Positions 12,633-24,882 of a stretch of DNA of 64,000 nt are shown piece by piece. The stretch's first letter is position 1, and every line of letters begins with the position of its first letter. The notes beneath the pieces were generated by a model that saw nothing but the letters and a program-made list of their open reading frames with translations, was not told the origin of the DNA and ran no database searches. Origin of the DNA: Squalus acanthias (taxonomy: Eukaryota); the NCBI GenBank assembly GCA_030390025.1, contig CM059432.1, positions 9,672,001 through 9,736,000 on the forward strand. Direction: 5' to 3'. A program made the translations under genes and the position numbers.

Positions 12633-13221
12633 AAAGTTAAGACAGGCTGTTGATTATTGATGTCCAACATTGTCCCTGCAAAAAATTAGGTTTATGTGAT
12701 AATTTTGATCCACATATACACAGGTCACAACAAAAAAATTCTCACATAAAGGTTTATAATTGTACATTATCAGCACCAATTCTTTTAGTACAGTCACAAG
12801 TTTATAAGCTGCAGAGTCAATATTAAATTGACATTGCACTGATATATATTCTGAGCAATACAAACATGCTGTTATTGATAAAGCCATTAGAACTTGTGAT
12901 GACATCGCATTAATCAGGTTTATTAAACTGTGAATGGCATTCTTATAGCAGCTTATGATCATGTCCACCTGAGGGAGCACAAGGGCATCTCATCCAAAAG
13001 ACGGCACCGCTGACAGTGCAGCACTCCCTCAGTAACGCACCGAAGCGTCAGCCTAGATTTTGAGCTCAAGTCACTGGAGTGTGACTTAAGGGAATCAAGG
13101 GATATGAGGATCGGGCGGGAAGGTAGAGACAAGGTAGAAGATCAGCCCTTGTCTTATTGAATGGCAGAGCAGGCTCGAGGGGCTGTGTGGCCGACTCCTG
13201 CTCCTATTTCTTATGTTCTCT

Positions 13222-13990
13222 TATTGCCCACCCTTAATTGTACTTGAGAAGTTGGCAGTGAGCCGCCTTCTTCAATACAACTGAGTGGCAGAGGGAAGTT
13301 AAGAGTCAACCATATTAGAAACATAGAAACATAGAAACTAGGAGCAGGAGTAGGCCATTCGGCCCGTCGAGCCTGCTCCACCATTCAATACGATCATGGC
13401 TGATCATCCAAATCCAGTACCCTGTCCCTGCTTTCTCACACAGAATCCCCATCGAGCCTGCACCGACACATATCCCACCCTATCCCCGTAACCCCACGTA
13501 TTTAATCCCCCCTAACATATCCCATCCTATCCCTGTAACCCCACATATTTAATCCCCCCCTAACACTAAGGGTCAATTTATCATAGCCAAATCAACCTAA
13601 CCCGCACATTTTTGGACTGTGGGAGGAAACCCACGCAGACACGGGGAGAGTGTGCAAACTCCACACAGACAGTCACCCGAGGCCAGATTCGAACCCGGGT
13701 CTCTGGTGCTGTGAGGCACCAGTGCTATCCACTATGCCATATTGCTGTGAGTCTGGAGCCAGACTGGGTAAGGACGGCAGATTTCCTTCCCAAAAGGGCA
13801 TTAGTGAACCAGATGGGTTTTTACGACAATCCGGTAGTTTCATGGTCACCATTACTGATACTAGCTTTTTAATTCCAGATTTATTTAATTAACTGAATTT
13901 AAATTCCCCAGCTGCCGTGGTGGGATTTGAACTCTTGTCTCCAGATCATTAGTCCAGGCCTCTGGATCACTAGTCCAGTAGTATAACCAC
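13222..13990 (-). mobile_element. tRNA-derived SINE sharing its 3' tail with the CR1-group LINE at 412-908, interrupted at 13317-13736
   Basis: Head gtggtta...gagttcaaatcccacc, homologous to 28765-29112 and 59195-59470. Confidence 0.7.
13317..13740 (-). mobile_element. HE1-type V-SINE with a CR1-derived 3' tail
   Basis: Head ggcatagtggatagcactggtgcctcacagcaccagagacccgggttcga plus V domain (gtgtggagtttgcacactctccccgtgtctgcgtgggtttcc). Flanked by a CCATATT direct repeat. Confidence 0.85.
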
Positions 13991-14726
13991 GAGAAACCCT
14001 CATTACATTTAAAAAGTACTTGGATATGCACTTGAAGTGCTGTAACCTACAGGGCTACGGACCAAGAGCTGGAAAGTGGGATTAGGCTGGATAGCTCTCT
14101 TTCGGCCACCACAGACACGATGGGCCGAATGGCCTCCTTCTGTGTCGTTAATTTTTATGATTCTATGATTATGCCACCGGACCCCTGAAATTGTTTCCCT
14201 TAGTTTTGCTCCAAGATACTGAAAGGCTAAGGCCTACTCCTGCTCTTAATTCTTATGTTCTTATGAACCCACGATCATCTGACTCAGAAGCAAGTGTGCT
14301 ACCCGGTGAGCCACGGCTGACTCTCCCGGCTCCACAGTCCTCGCGATCTGTTGTCGCTCCAAGCCCTCTCCCGAGAGTTACCCTTGGAACCGCTGCCGGT
14401 GAGGCAAGTGGCCTGAAAGCCCTCTCAGTAAGAAAGCGCGAGCGGCCCGCGGAGGTGTGTGAGGAGCCAGCAGCTTCCGCAAAAAAAAATGTTAATGGGG
14501 CCCGAGGACCCAATTTCGGGCTGTCCTCGGGCTTTCCGATCATCCTGTCTGTGGCCCGAAAATGGACCATATCTGATTTCCACCCCACAATCTTCCACCC
14601 ACACAAATGACAGGAGACATGATTTATGTCGTATCCTGTCACTTGTATCTAACTACAGCGTGCCCACGTTTTACTCTCCCACCACCAACAAAGATGGCAG
14701 GACTAAAGAGGAAATCTGGCCCCTAA

Positions 14727-15666
14727 ATCTATCCAAGTTTGCTGACGATACAAAGCTAGGTGAGACAGTAAGCTGTGAGGAGGACGGAAAGTGCCTGCTC
14801 AGGGATATAGACAGGTTAAGTGAGTGGGCAGTAAGGTGGCAGATGGAGTATAATGTGGGGAAATGTGAGGTTATTCACTTTGGAAGGAAGAATAGAAAAA
14901 CAGAATATTTTTTAAGTGGTGAGAAACTATTAAATGTTGGTGTTCAGAGAGATTTAGGTGTCCTCGTACAGGAAACACAAAAGAGTTAGCATGCAGGTAC
15001 AGCAAGCAATTTAGGAAGGCAAATGGTATGTTCGCCTTTATTGCAAAAGGGTTGGACTACAAGAGTAAGGAAGTCTTGCTACAATTGTACAGGGCTTTGG
15101 TGAGACCGCACCTGGAGTACTGTGCACAGTTGTGGTCTCCTTATCTGAGGAAGGATATACTTGCCTTAGAGGCGGTGCAACGAAGGTTCCCTAGATTGAT
15201 TCCTGGGATGAGAGGGCTGTCCTATGAGGAGAGATTGAGTCGATTGGGCCTATACTCTCTGGAGTTTTGAAGAATGAGAGGTGATCTCATTGAAACATAT
15301 AAGATTCTGAAGGGGATTGACAGGGTAGATGCTAAGAGGTTGTTTCCCCTGGCTGGAGAATCTAGAACTAGGGGGCATAGTCTCAGGATAAGGGGTAGGC
15401 CATTTAAGACTGAGATGAGGAGGAATTTCTTCACTCAGAGGGTTGTGAATCTTTGGAATTCTCTGCCCCAGAGGGCTGTGAATGCTGAATCGTTGAGTAT
15501 ATTCAAGGCTGAGATAGATAGATTTTTGGACTCTCGGGGAATCAAGGGATATGGAGATTGTGTGGGAAAGTGGAGATGAAGTCGAAAATCAGCCATGATC
15601 TCATTGAATGGCGGAGCAGGCTTGAGGGGCCGTATGGCCTGCTCCTGCTCCTAATTCTTATGTTCT
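14727..15666 (+). mobile_element. CR1 LINE 3' part (RT C-terminus, with stops and frameshifts)
   Basis: [19 protein letters not shown] and MRGDLIETYKI motifs in ORFs 14459, 15028 and 15274. Confidence 0.95.
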
Positions 15667-16649
15667 TAAATCTTTTTGCACCTGTGCAATTTCTTGCTTC
15701 TTGGCATCTAGAAAGATTATCCACGGGATCAATGGCAAGAAGAAGCGGAGTAACAGTCAAAGTAGCACGCAGGGCTGGCACAATAATAGTACCATGAAAT
15801 TACTCCAAAACGTTCCAACCAGTAACATCACTGAGCTGTGCGAAAGAAAGCAGATAACTGACGCCGCTCATCAGCAGATTGGTGGGGGAACCAATGTAGT
15901 TTGCTAACTGTCCCCACTGAACGTGAATTGTTGGATGGAAGAAGCTAAGCTGCACATCAGCAGAAGCAACTTCAATGCTTTGGGACCTTGCCTCGTACAC
16001 TGTTGATAACTATTTCAAAGTGTATGATGGGTGAGTAGAAAGGAAAATTCTTAACCTTCATGGTTTTAGCTGCAAGCAAGAATGGCATCATCCTTTACAA
16101 AGAATTTCGGGAGAGCATTCTACAAATGAGGTGATATATTCTAGGTTTGCTATCATTAATGATCAACTATTATTCTCCATAGAGAGACGCAAAAGGGGCC
16201 CCTTTGGGGTCAAGGTGTCTCCAGCTGGCAGTAGAAGTTTAGAATTGCCAACTCTCCTTGGCAAACGCAGTAATCTGGTATCTCAGCCAGCCTGGTCCTC
16301 TGCCACTGTTAATGATCGACTTGTAAACCTGGCTCAATAAGTTGAGTGGGATTCTACTCACTCAGCTCCAGATAACTCCCCAATGGACAGGATGGTCCAA
16401 ACTAGGCAAGCATCATCATTTTAGCTGGTTAAATTCTAGCAGTATCCATCACACACTTGGGCTTCACTAAGATTTGGATCTGCCACTCTCCACTTAAGCT
16501 CTCTGTACTGGGTTCAGTGGGCCATGTTCATACAGGGAGAGAGTGCGCACTTCATATTGGGCAAACATAGACTTTACAGGTTGGTGTCAATGTCGCAGTA
16601 GCTTAAATTGGAGATTCCTGAACATGCCAAACCTGCCAAATTGGCAAAA

Positions 16650-16938
16650 TAACCAGAGGCAAATTGAGGAGATTTTTTTTTTTACGCAGCGAGTTGTTGT
16701 GATCTGGAACGCGCTGCCTGAAAGGGCGGTGGAAGCAGATTCAGTAGTAGCTTTCAAAAGGGAATTGGAGAAATAGTTGAGGGGGAAAAAATTGCAGGAC
16801 TGTGGGGAAAGAGCAGGGGAATGGGACTAATTGGAAAGCTCTTTTCAAAGAGCCGGCACAGGCATGATGGGCCAAATGGCCGAGTGGCCGAATGGCCGAA
16901 TGGCCTTCTTCTGTGCTGTGTCATTCTGTGATTCTATG
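16650..16938 (+). mobile_element. CR1 3' end
   Basis: FFTQRVVVIWNALP followed by the CR1 3' UTR. Confidence 0.85.
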
Positions 16939-17799
16939 CCATGTGTCACGTACCTGGTTTTCTACTTTGCTGGCTGTTTTGTGGTCTTTTTTCCCTCCAT
17001 TGTTAAATATCATACAGTTGCCCGCAATCATTCTGCAAGCGTTGGCTCACACCAATGGCTTGCTCAAAGACCTGAGTGTGTTGTCTTGTTTCCCCCGATT
17101 ATACCCAAGTTCTTCTGACACCTGCCAAGGCAGGGCAAGAACGATGCAGTTCACGGTGATCAGCAGAAATTGTTTTCGGTGATTGCCCAAATCCCTCACA
17201 GCAGCCTCACGGTGAGTTGTCGTGTTTAAATCTGCAGCCTGATACTACTACATATTGATTCATGGTAGAGTAATAATGCATGCAAGACCCTTCATTGCAC
17301 CTGACAGATCACTTGCTGAGTGATTGAATGAGAACCTTTGCAGCTGATGTAAGCCATAGATTTGAGTGTGGACATCCTTAACTTAAAGAACGTATTTACA
17401 GAACAGAAACAGGCCATTCGGCCCAACTGGTCCATGCCCTAGTTTAAGCTCCACACGAGCCTCCTCCCACCCTTCCTCATCTCACGCCAGCAACATAAAC
17501 CTTCTATTCCTTCCTCCCTCCTGTGCTTATCTAGCTTCCCCTTAAATGCATATTGTCAACACACCCAAATCCTTGGGGAAGCCAGCAATGGAATACAATT
17601 GTTTTTGTCACGGCAACTGTTACTCCCTACCTCTGTTGAAACCAATTATAACTGAGACCCTTTTAGAATGGTGTATCAGTCATTCTTTCAATGTAAATGG
17701 ACATCCTCTGTTTGTCTAACTCCTCATCTGATAGGATGCTGCTGGTAGCCAAGATTACCACAAAAGGCGTGGTGTTGTTCTCTCACTATTTTTAGTGAA

Positions 17800-18425
17800 G
17801 CATAGAATGATACAGCACAGAAGGAAGCCATTCAGCCCATCGTGTCTGTGCCGGCTCTTTGAAAGAGCTACCCAATTAGTCCCACTCCCCATAGCCCTGC
17901 AAATTTCTCTTTTCAAGTATATATCCACCTCCCTTTTGAAAGTTACCATTGAATCAGCTTCCACCACCCTTTCAGGTACTGCATTGCAGATCGTAACAAC
18001 TCGCTGCGTTAAAAAGCCTCTCCTCATTTTCCCCCTGGATTTATTGCCAGTTACCTTAAATCTGTGTCCTCTGGTTGTCAACCTTCCTACCAGTGGAAAC
18101 AGTTTCTCCCTATCTACTCTGTCAAATTCCCCCAGTAATTTTGAACGCCTCTATTAAATCTCCCCTTAACCTTCCCTGCTGTAAGGACAAGAATCCCAGC
18201 TTCTCCAGTCTCTCCACGTAATGGAAGTCCCTCATCCCTGGTTACCATTCCGGTCAATCTCCTTTGCACCCTCTCCAAGGCCTTGACATCCTTCCTAAAG
18301 TGTGGTGCCCAGAAATGGACACAATAGGCCAGCTGAGGGCAAAGCAGCGATTTCTAAAGGTTTAGCGTGACTTCATGCCTTGGTACTCTATTGATAAAGC
18401 CAAGGATCCTGCATGGTTTTTTAAC
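17800..18425 (-). mobile_element. CR1 3' fragment
   Basis: TRGHRFKV...FLTQRVV in ORF 17755..18081. Confidence 0.85.
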
Positions 18426-18983
18426 AGCATCTTTATCACTGTGAGGAGTTAATTCCATCAACATCAGCTCTGGGAACTCACCAGCGGCCTGTATCATTTC
18501 CTTTAAATGATCAAAATTTGCACGGCGGCCTACTCGGCAATCCCCAATGAAAGATTTTTATTAGTATCTGGCCGCAGGTTCTCCAACCTGTTTCTAACAT
18601 CATAAACCTTAGTCAGGAACTGGTAATGTCAGAACACAGCAGATGACAGATTTGGTGCTCATGTCGCAGGCGTTTTTGAATGCTGTTAGATCATCGGAAA
18701 TGTCATCTGGCAAACTCTTGATATATGACTGGCACCTGCAACAATATCAATCTATATTGCGTATGATAGCTATTATTAAAGAGTGGATCAAACTGCACAT
18801 TGTGCTAAAACGTAGCAGAATCGGAAGTGTAGGTAAGTGTGCTGTCCTTGGGATGTTTTACTACATTAAAGGGGCTAAATAAATGCAAGTTGTTGTTGTT
18901 GTTGTCCTCCTCACTGATAAAGTGCAAAAGCACATTTATTACCCTGACTTCATAGACTTTTTTGTGGGTTATACTTTAGCAAA

Positions 18984-19415
18984 AAGGTTGTGGGTTCAAG
19001 TTCCACTCCGGAGACTTGAGCACAAAAATCTAGGCTGACACTTCCAGTGCAGTGCTGAGGGAGTGCTGCACTGTCGGAGGTGCCGTCTTTCAGATGAGAC
19101 GTTAAACCGAGGCCCCGTCTGCTCTCTCAGGTGGATGTAAAAGATCCCGTGGCACTATTTCGAAGAAAGGCAGGGGCGTTATCCCCGGTGTCCTGGCCAA
19201 TATTTATCCCTCAACCAACATCACTAAAACAGATTATCTGGTCACTGTCACAGTGTTGTCTGTGGGAGCTTGCTGTGCGCAAATTGGCTGCCGCGTTTCC
19301 TACATTACAACATTACAACAGTGACTACACTTCAAAAAGTACTTCATTGGCTGTAAAGTGCTTTGAGACATCTGGTGGTCGTGAAAAGCGCTATAGAAAT
19401 GCAAGTCTTTCTTTC
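18984..19415 (+). mobile_element. SacSINE1/Deu-domain SINE
   Basis: Colinear with the SINE consensus from the B box to the (tctt)n tail. Confidence 0.9.
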
Positions 19416-19445
19416 TTTTTCGAAGACTCATGTAATCCACAGTAA

Positions 19446-21221
19446 GGCCAGAATTTTACCAGTGCTCAGAGGGCGGGTTTGAAGGCGGGTCCACTGTCAA
19501 AATTACAAAGATCAACAGCGGGTCGATATTCCGCTGTAAACCCGCCTTCTTGTCAGTTTCCCAAGTGTCGGGTCTGTCATTCCTGAACGGACCCGACACC
19601 AAGTGGCGGGTCAGCCAATTTAGATACTTAAAAGCTTGTTAAAAGGTAGTTAAGCACCATTTTCCCATGTACTTACCACTTTACCGGGTTTTTAAAGAGG
19701 TTCCCGGAGAGCGGGTGTCACGTCAGGTAAGTGTGTCGTGCTCTCAATGACACTCCATTGCTGTGAATAGGTGAAAGCTGCAAAAGTGGTATAAAACCTA
19801 CCATTTCACAGCTGTTCACTTCCCAATCTTAGAAGCTGGAGCCTTCATGATTTGGAACCCACTTTTGAGCTTTACGTAGTTTGGAAGTGTTTGGAGTAAA
19901 CTCTCTATCCACTGTCACCTCCTTGGAGCAAGCTCTCTCACCATTGACAGATCGCTTCTGTCATCTCAACTTCAGCTGCTATCTATTCCAGCAACATCGG
20001 TGCCCTTGAAACTATCTCACCTTGGTCCTCGGAAACCCAACACAATCAGCCCCAACACCAGCATCACCGGGCACACCAGCAACAACAACAACAACACCAA
20101 CCTTCTCCGCAATCACCTGATGCTGCACAGGACACAGGGCATCAGCACCCGACCACATTGCTGCCCGGGACGCCAGCGATGACCTCACCATGGCCAGATT
20201 TACTTCACTTGACGCTGTACACCCTGGCTGCCACAAGATGCGCCAGGTTGGCACCACCCCACACCAGCAACATAAAGCATCCCTACAATGCCCAAACCAT
20301 TCCTTTCACACTCATCACCATTGCAGGGGGTACCGTTATGTCTCACCATTCACTGCAACTCACTAAGCCACTTCAAAAGGTGCACACAAATCTGTCCAAG
20401 AACGCAAAGTGTTGAAAATAAAAATTTCAATGTTTGACACCACATTAACAGAAACTTTACATGAACATTGGATAAAATACCCAAGTGCCTACCCTTGTGT
20501 GTTGTTAGTTGGTATGCTTGCAGTAGGATGAGGGTGAGTGTGAGGGGTGGCTAGTGAGATGGGGAAGTGATAATGTAGATAGAGAGGGATGGGTGGAGGT
20601 GCAAGGTAAGTTGGTGTGAGTAAGGATGTGCAGGAGTAGGGGTAGGGAAGGCAGAGTGATGGGGATGTGATAAGTGGCACAGCAGGATGAGGTTGAGTGT
20701 GGCTTTGCAGTAATGTTTTGTGATCTGTTGAGATCATTGAAAGGTTTGCACCACTGCAGCCTGGTCCTCCTTGTGACATCCCTGCTTGTGTCCTCCTGTG
20801 CAATGTGCAACCAGGCTGCGTTAGTCTCCTGGGGAGGTGTCACCCGCCCATTGGAAGGGAAGAGAACCTCCTTGCGTGCTGTGACTCCCTCCATAAGCAT
20901 ATGGAGGGAGTCATGCGAGAGCCTGGGTGCAGCTGTGCACCTCTGTGCAGTGCTTGTCAGTGTTTGCAGCACCTCAATGCTGTAGAGCACTGACAGCGCA
21001 ACTGTCAAAATCAATTTGGACATGGTCCCTTTAAGGAAACCGGCTAATGACGTGTCATCAAATGGCGTCATCAGACCCGCTTCCTTTTAATTGGCCGGGA
21101 ACCTCGCAGGGCGGGCTTAACAAGCCCAATCAACGGAAAATTCTTCTCACAGAGCGGGATGGAAGCGTCCGGCACCTACCTCAGCCGTACTTAGCCTGCC
21201 TCAGTAGGCGAAATCGCGGCC
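19446..21221. mobile_element. Internally deleted PIF/Harbinger transposon, family A
   Basis: Imperfect TIRs GGCCAGAATTTTACC / GGCGAAATCGCGGCC, TSD TAA. Carries a Myb/SANT-like ORF on the minus strand and a Q-rich/C-terminal transposase-like remnant on the plus strand. Second copy at 35762-38173. Confidence 0.85.
20505..21071 (-). pseudogene. Harbinger Myb/SANT-like DNA-binding protein remnant
   Basis: APRLSHDSLHMLMEGV..RKEVLFP...AAWLHIAQE......RTRLQWCKPFNDL follows the NAIF1/MSANTD-like trihelix pattern (PRFS..L.LL..V....LF...W..IA..V...RT..QC.K.FNDL). Confidence 0.75.
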
Positions 21222-21737
21222 TAAAGGTTTATAAAGTGGAGCCTGTAGTCCTCTGAATCGTCCTTCATTTTTGAAATTTCATGTGTTTTGAAGCCTGGAA
21301 TTTTGACGCTCACTCCCTTGCAGTTTTTTAAGATCATCATATTTTTTTTTAAGAAGGTAAGAATTAGGAGCAGGAGTCGGCCATACGGCCACTCGAGCCT
21401 GCTCCGCCATTCAATAAGATCACGAGTGATCTTCAACTCCATTTACCCGCCCGATCCCCAATATCCCTTGATTCCCTTAGTGTCCAGAAATTTTCTCCAC
21501 TTAATGAATTTTCACTGGAATAGGAAGCTCATGGGATCATAAGAAAAGTCCATTTGACGAAATGCCATTTAGCCTACCTAATTCATCTCGCTAGCATTCC
21601 AACTCTCTCAGTCTAGCATCCAGATGTATACTGAGCAGTGCTAAAGTCTGCCTCTTTCTTGTCCTGCCTGCCTGATTATTTCAGACACTCATCACCCATT
21701 GTGTAAAATTGCTTACTATATAGAGTCATAAGTCATA

Positions 21738-22622
21738 GGGGGGAAAATTCAGTTGGTTGCGCCTCCCATTAGCGCCTTAAGAGGGCGCTAATGGGGTGCA
21801 AAGCATCTAGCGCCCGGGCGCGGCGATATTTGCGCCGCTCGCGAAATTAACTAAACATTTTGCGGCGGCGCTAAACAGTACCACCACGATCTCCTGCGCT
21901 GGCAGATCGTGATTTCAGTCGAGTGCGCAACGCCCCGGGAGCGCCCCGGAGCAGATATTGAGTGGCGCCCCCTGCCTTACCGCCTGCCGCTAGCAACGAC
22001 AGGTTGAGGGGAGCGTTTTGCAGTCAGGAAGGGACTGGGGGAGCTCTATTTAAAGGCGACCGCTTCCTGCCTTTTTTTGTTGGTGACATTTTTGAACCAC
22101 ACATTCTGAGAGAGGGACTTCTGGAGCGATTCAACGCTGTTTGAAGGAGTTTTGGGTACTGAGCAGCACTTTGCAGGTTCATTTTGATTTGCCCTTCTTT
22201 TGTATCGATTTAGAAGAGACTGTGGGGGCTGCGCTCTGAGCTCTTTCCCTGGGCCTCTCCATTGTTCTTTCCAGCAGATTTGATGTACAGGTCTCTCCAG
22301 GCCGAGATTCAAGGCTGCAATGAGCAGGATGTGGATGGAAAGCAAGATCAACCCTCCCCTTTAAGAACTGGCCAGCGCCATTGTGTCTGTGTTCCATTGC
22401 TGACTGACATCACATGAGCTTCGCCAGCGCTCTGAGGTAACGCCTCGCTCCTCGGCTTTGCGCCTTAAGACAGATGTGTAGCGCCTGATTTAGCGCTCCA
22501 ATCACCTCCAGGGGCGATAAAAGTCAAGTTTGCAGTCGGAGGCCATAATTAGCGTCAGGCGCTAATCTTTGCGCCCGGCCGATAATTGCGCCCCAAATGG
22601 GGCGATACTGAATTTCTCCCCC
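21738..22622. mobile_element. Harbinger-type non-autonomous element, family B, in a CR1 tail
   Basis: 16-bp TIR GGGGG(G/A)(A/G)AAATTCAGT, TSD ATA, flanks gtcATA|ATAgagtc. Confidence 0.85.
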
Positions 22623-23011
22623 ATAGAGTCATAACGGCACAGAAGGAGGCCATATCTGACCTCAATTTATTTTTCATTAGTTTATACTTGTGATCGCTGG
22701 CCAGGTGATTTAAAAATAATTCTCAATTTTTCAATAAGATTAATGTTACAAATTTTCACAGTTCTCCACGAGATAGTCTCCTGTTCAGCATCACGAGACG
22801 CTCACATAAGTGGACCTCACATGCCCTATGATTAGGAATGCATTTTACTGCACAATATATGGTTACACAATAGCATGACTCAGGGATCATAACAGAGAGA
22901 AAACGAGAAAAAACAAAACTGTCCACTGCACCCCCCTCCTTTGACACTGTGTGTTACCACCTGGAATGAAACTATCTCCCCCTTGGTGTGGAAGCTCTCT
23001 GCATCTGCATT

Positions 23012-23776
23012 GGCCCGAAAATTAGACCTAATACGCGAGAGTACGCATTGTGTACTCTCGCGTATTAGGTCTCCAATTGTCGGTTTCCTGCATGCACTGC
23101 GCATGCGCGGGAAACCGGCACTTCGTGAATTCAAAAGGGGGCGGTTCCTAATTGAACCGTGTGCGCGCTACAGGCTGTGCGCACGCAGTGCACTTAGTTA
23201 TTTTTTCAGCTTTGAACGCGCAGGTAAGTGGTGAACATTTTACACATAAAGAAAGCAGGCGTAGGACCCCCTTTTTACAAGGTAAGTAGTTAATTAAGTG
23301 TTATTTTAAAAAATTTTCAACAGGTTTATCTTTTTTAGAGACTTTAAAGAAAGGTAAGTTTATTTTTATAACATTTAAAAAGATTTAACATTTTTTCAAA
23401 AATTTAATTTTTTGTTTAAAGTGGTTAATTTATTTAACTATACTTATTTTATTAATGTGATGGCTTTTTAAAAAAATTTAATTGAGGTTTAGCTGTTCTT
23501 TTGGGGGGGTATAGTATTCATAGCTTTGACAGGTCTTCCTGTCAAAACTATGAATGAAAGATGGTGTGCTGCCATTGGCTCTAACTGAATCACGTGATCC
23601 CAGAGCTCGCACGAACTAATTGCGTCTCTGGGTCACGCAAGCACTGCACGGTTCCAAGAGAGAGAGCCTTTCAGACTAAAGTTCGTGTGGGCCCGGAGCA
23701 AAAAGGTAGGCGCGGAGTGCGATATCGCGGGGATTCCTTACCCCCGCGGGAACCCTCACTGTTTAATTTCTGGGCC
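23012..23776. mobile_element. Harbinger-type MITE, family C
   Basis: TIRs GGCCCGAAAATTA / TAATTTCTGGGCC, TSD ATT. Confidence 0.8.
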
Positions 23777-24444
23777 ATTATCTATTCGACAAAGCCCCTC
23801 CCCCTCCTCCATCCTCCCCCAGCCAGGCATACTGAAGAAAAACTTACCCCCCTAATTTTAGAATACAAATCGCTTTGGGATGTGCTCAACAACTTCTCAT
23901 TGTCGCAGTGTTGACATAAACAGTTTAATGGCTGCCCTATTTCCCTTCAAGGTGGTTCATTAACAATCCTAACCATCTCATTTGTCCAGTGGCTACAGGC
24001 TTTCTACTATTGAGTGAACACAAAGAATGCAGCTTTCTTGAAAATTTGCCCTTCCTAAACTGAACTTAATATCACATCAATATCAGAACATCAATTGAAA
24101 AGTCCCAAAATGTTGCAATTAGTGAGCGGAGGTAAATAGTGATCATTGAGTGCAATTTTGTGCAGCTATTTTTAAAAGAACATGAGCTTGTTGAGGAGGG
24201 TTCGGAGAAGGACACCAGGGATGATATCAGGATGCGGGGGTATAATTTATGAGGAAGGACTCATGGAATAATACTCATTTTCATTGGAGTAATGAAGGTT
24301 AAGAGAATATGCATTCTTGGCATTTTAAACTGCTAATGAACGGTGTCGATGCAAACAGGTTATTTACCTTAGACTGCGGGCACAGAACTAAACAAAGTGG
24401 TCCCAATGAAGCTGCCACTGTGCAGAGTACAGGCTGTGACGTAA

Positions 24445-24882
24445 AAGAAAAAGAAAGACTTGCATTTATATCGCGCCTTTCACCACCTCAGGACGTCCCA
24501 AAGCGCTTTACAGCCAATGAAATACTTTTTGAAGTGGAGTCACTGTTGTAATGTAGAAAACGCAGCAGCCAATTTGCGCACAGCAAGCTCCCACAAACAG
24601 CAATGTGATAATGACCAGATAATCTGTTTTTTTAGTGATGTTGGTTGAGAGATAAATATTGGCCAGGACACCGGGTAGAACTCCCCCACTCTTCTTTGAG
24701 ATAGTGCCATAGGATCTTTTACGACCACCTGAGAGGGAGAACTCGGTTTAACGTCTCATTGCAAGACGGCGACCACGAGGAATTTTAGCCTGGATTATTT
24801 GGTCAAGGCTGTGGAGTAGGACTTGAACCCATAACCTTCATGACTCAGAGGCGAGAGTGTTACCCACTGAGCCACGGCTGAC
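24445..24882 (-). mobile_element. SacSINE1/Deu-domain SINE
   Basis: Head, body and tail colinear with the other copies. Confidence 0.88.

Noticed and set aside
18483..18620. Possible upstream minus-strand exon with a strong GTGAGT donor
   Set aside because: All frames from the plausible acceptor contain stops.
22046..22397. Recurrent ORFs MEHRH.G.GQFLKG and MILLSIHILL (also at about 32127 and 55671)
   Set aside because: They recur because the element is repeated. Frames shift between copies and there is no recognisable domain beyond a possible MERPRERA start.
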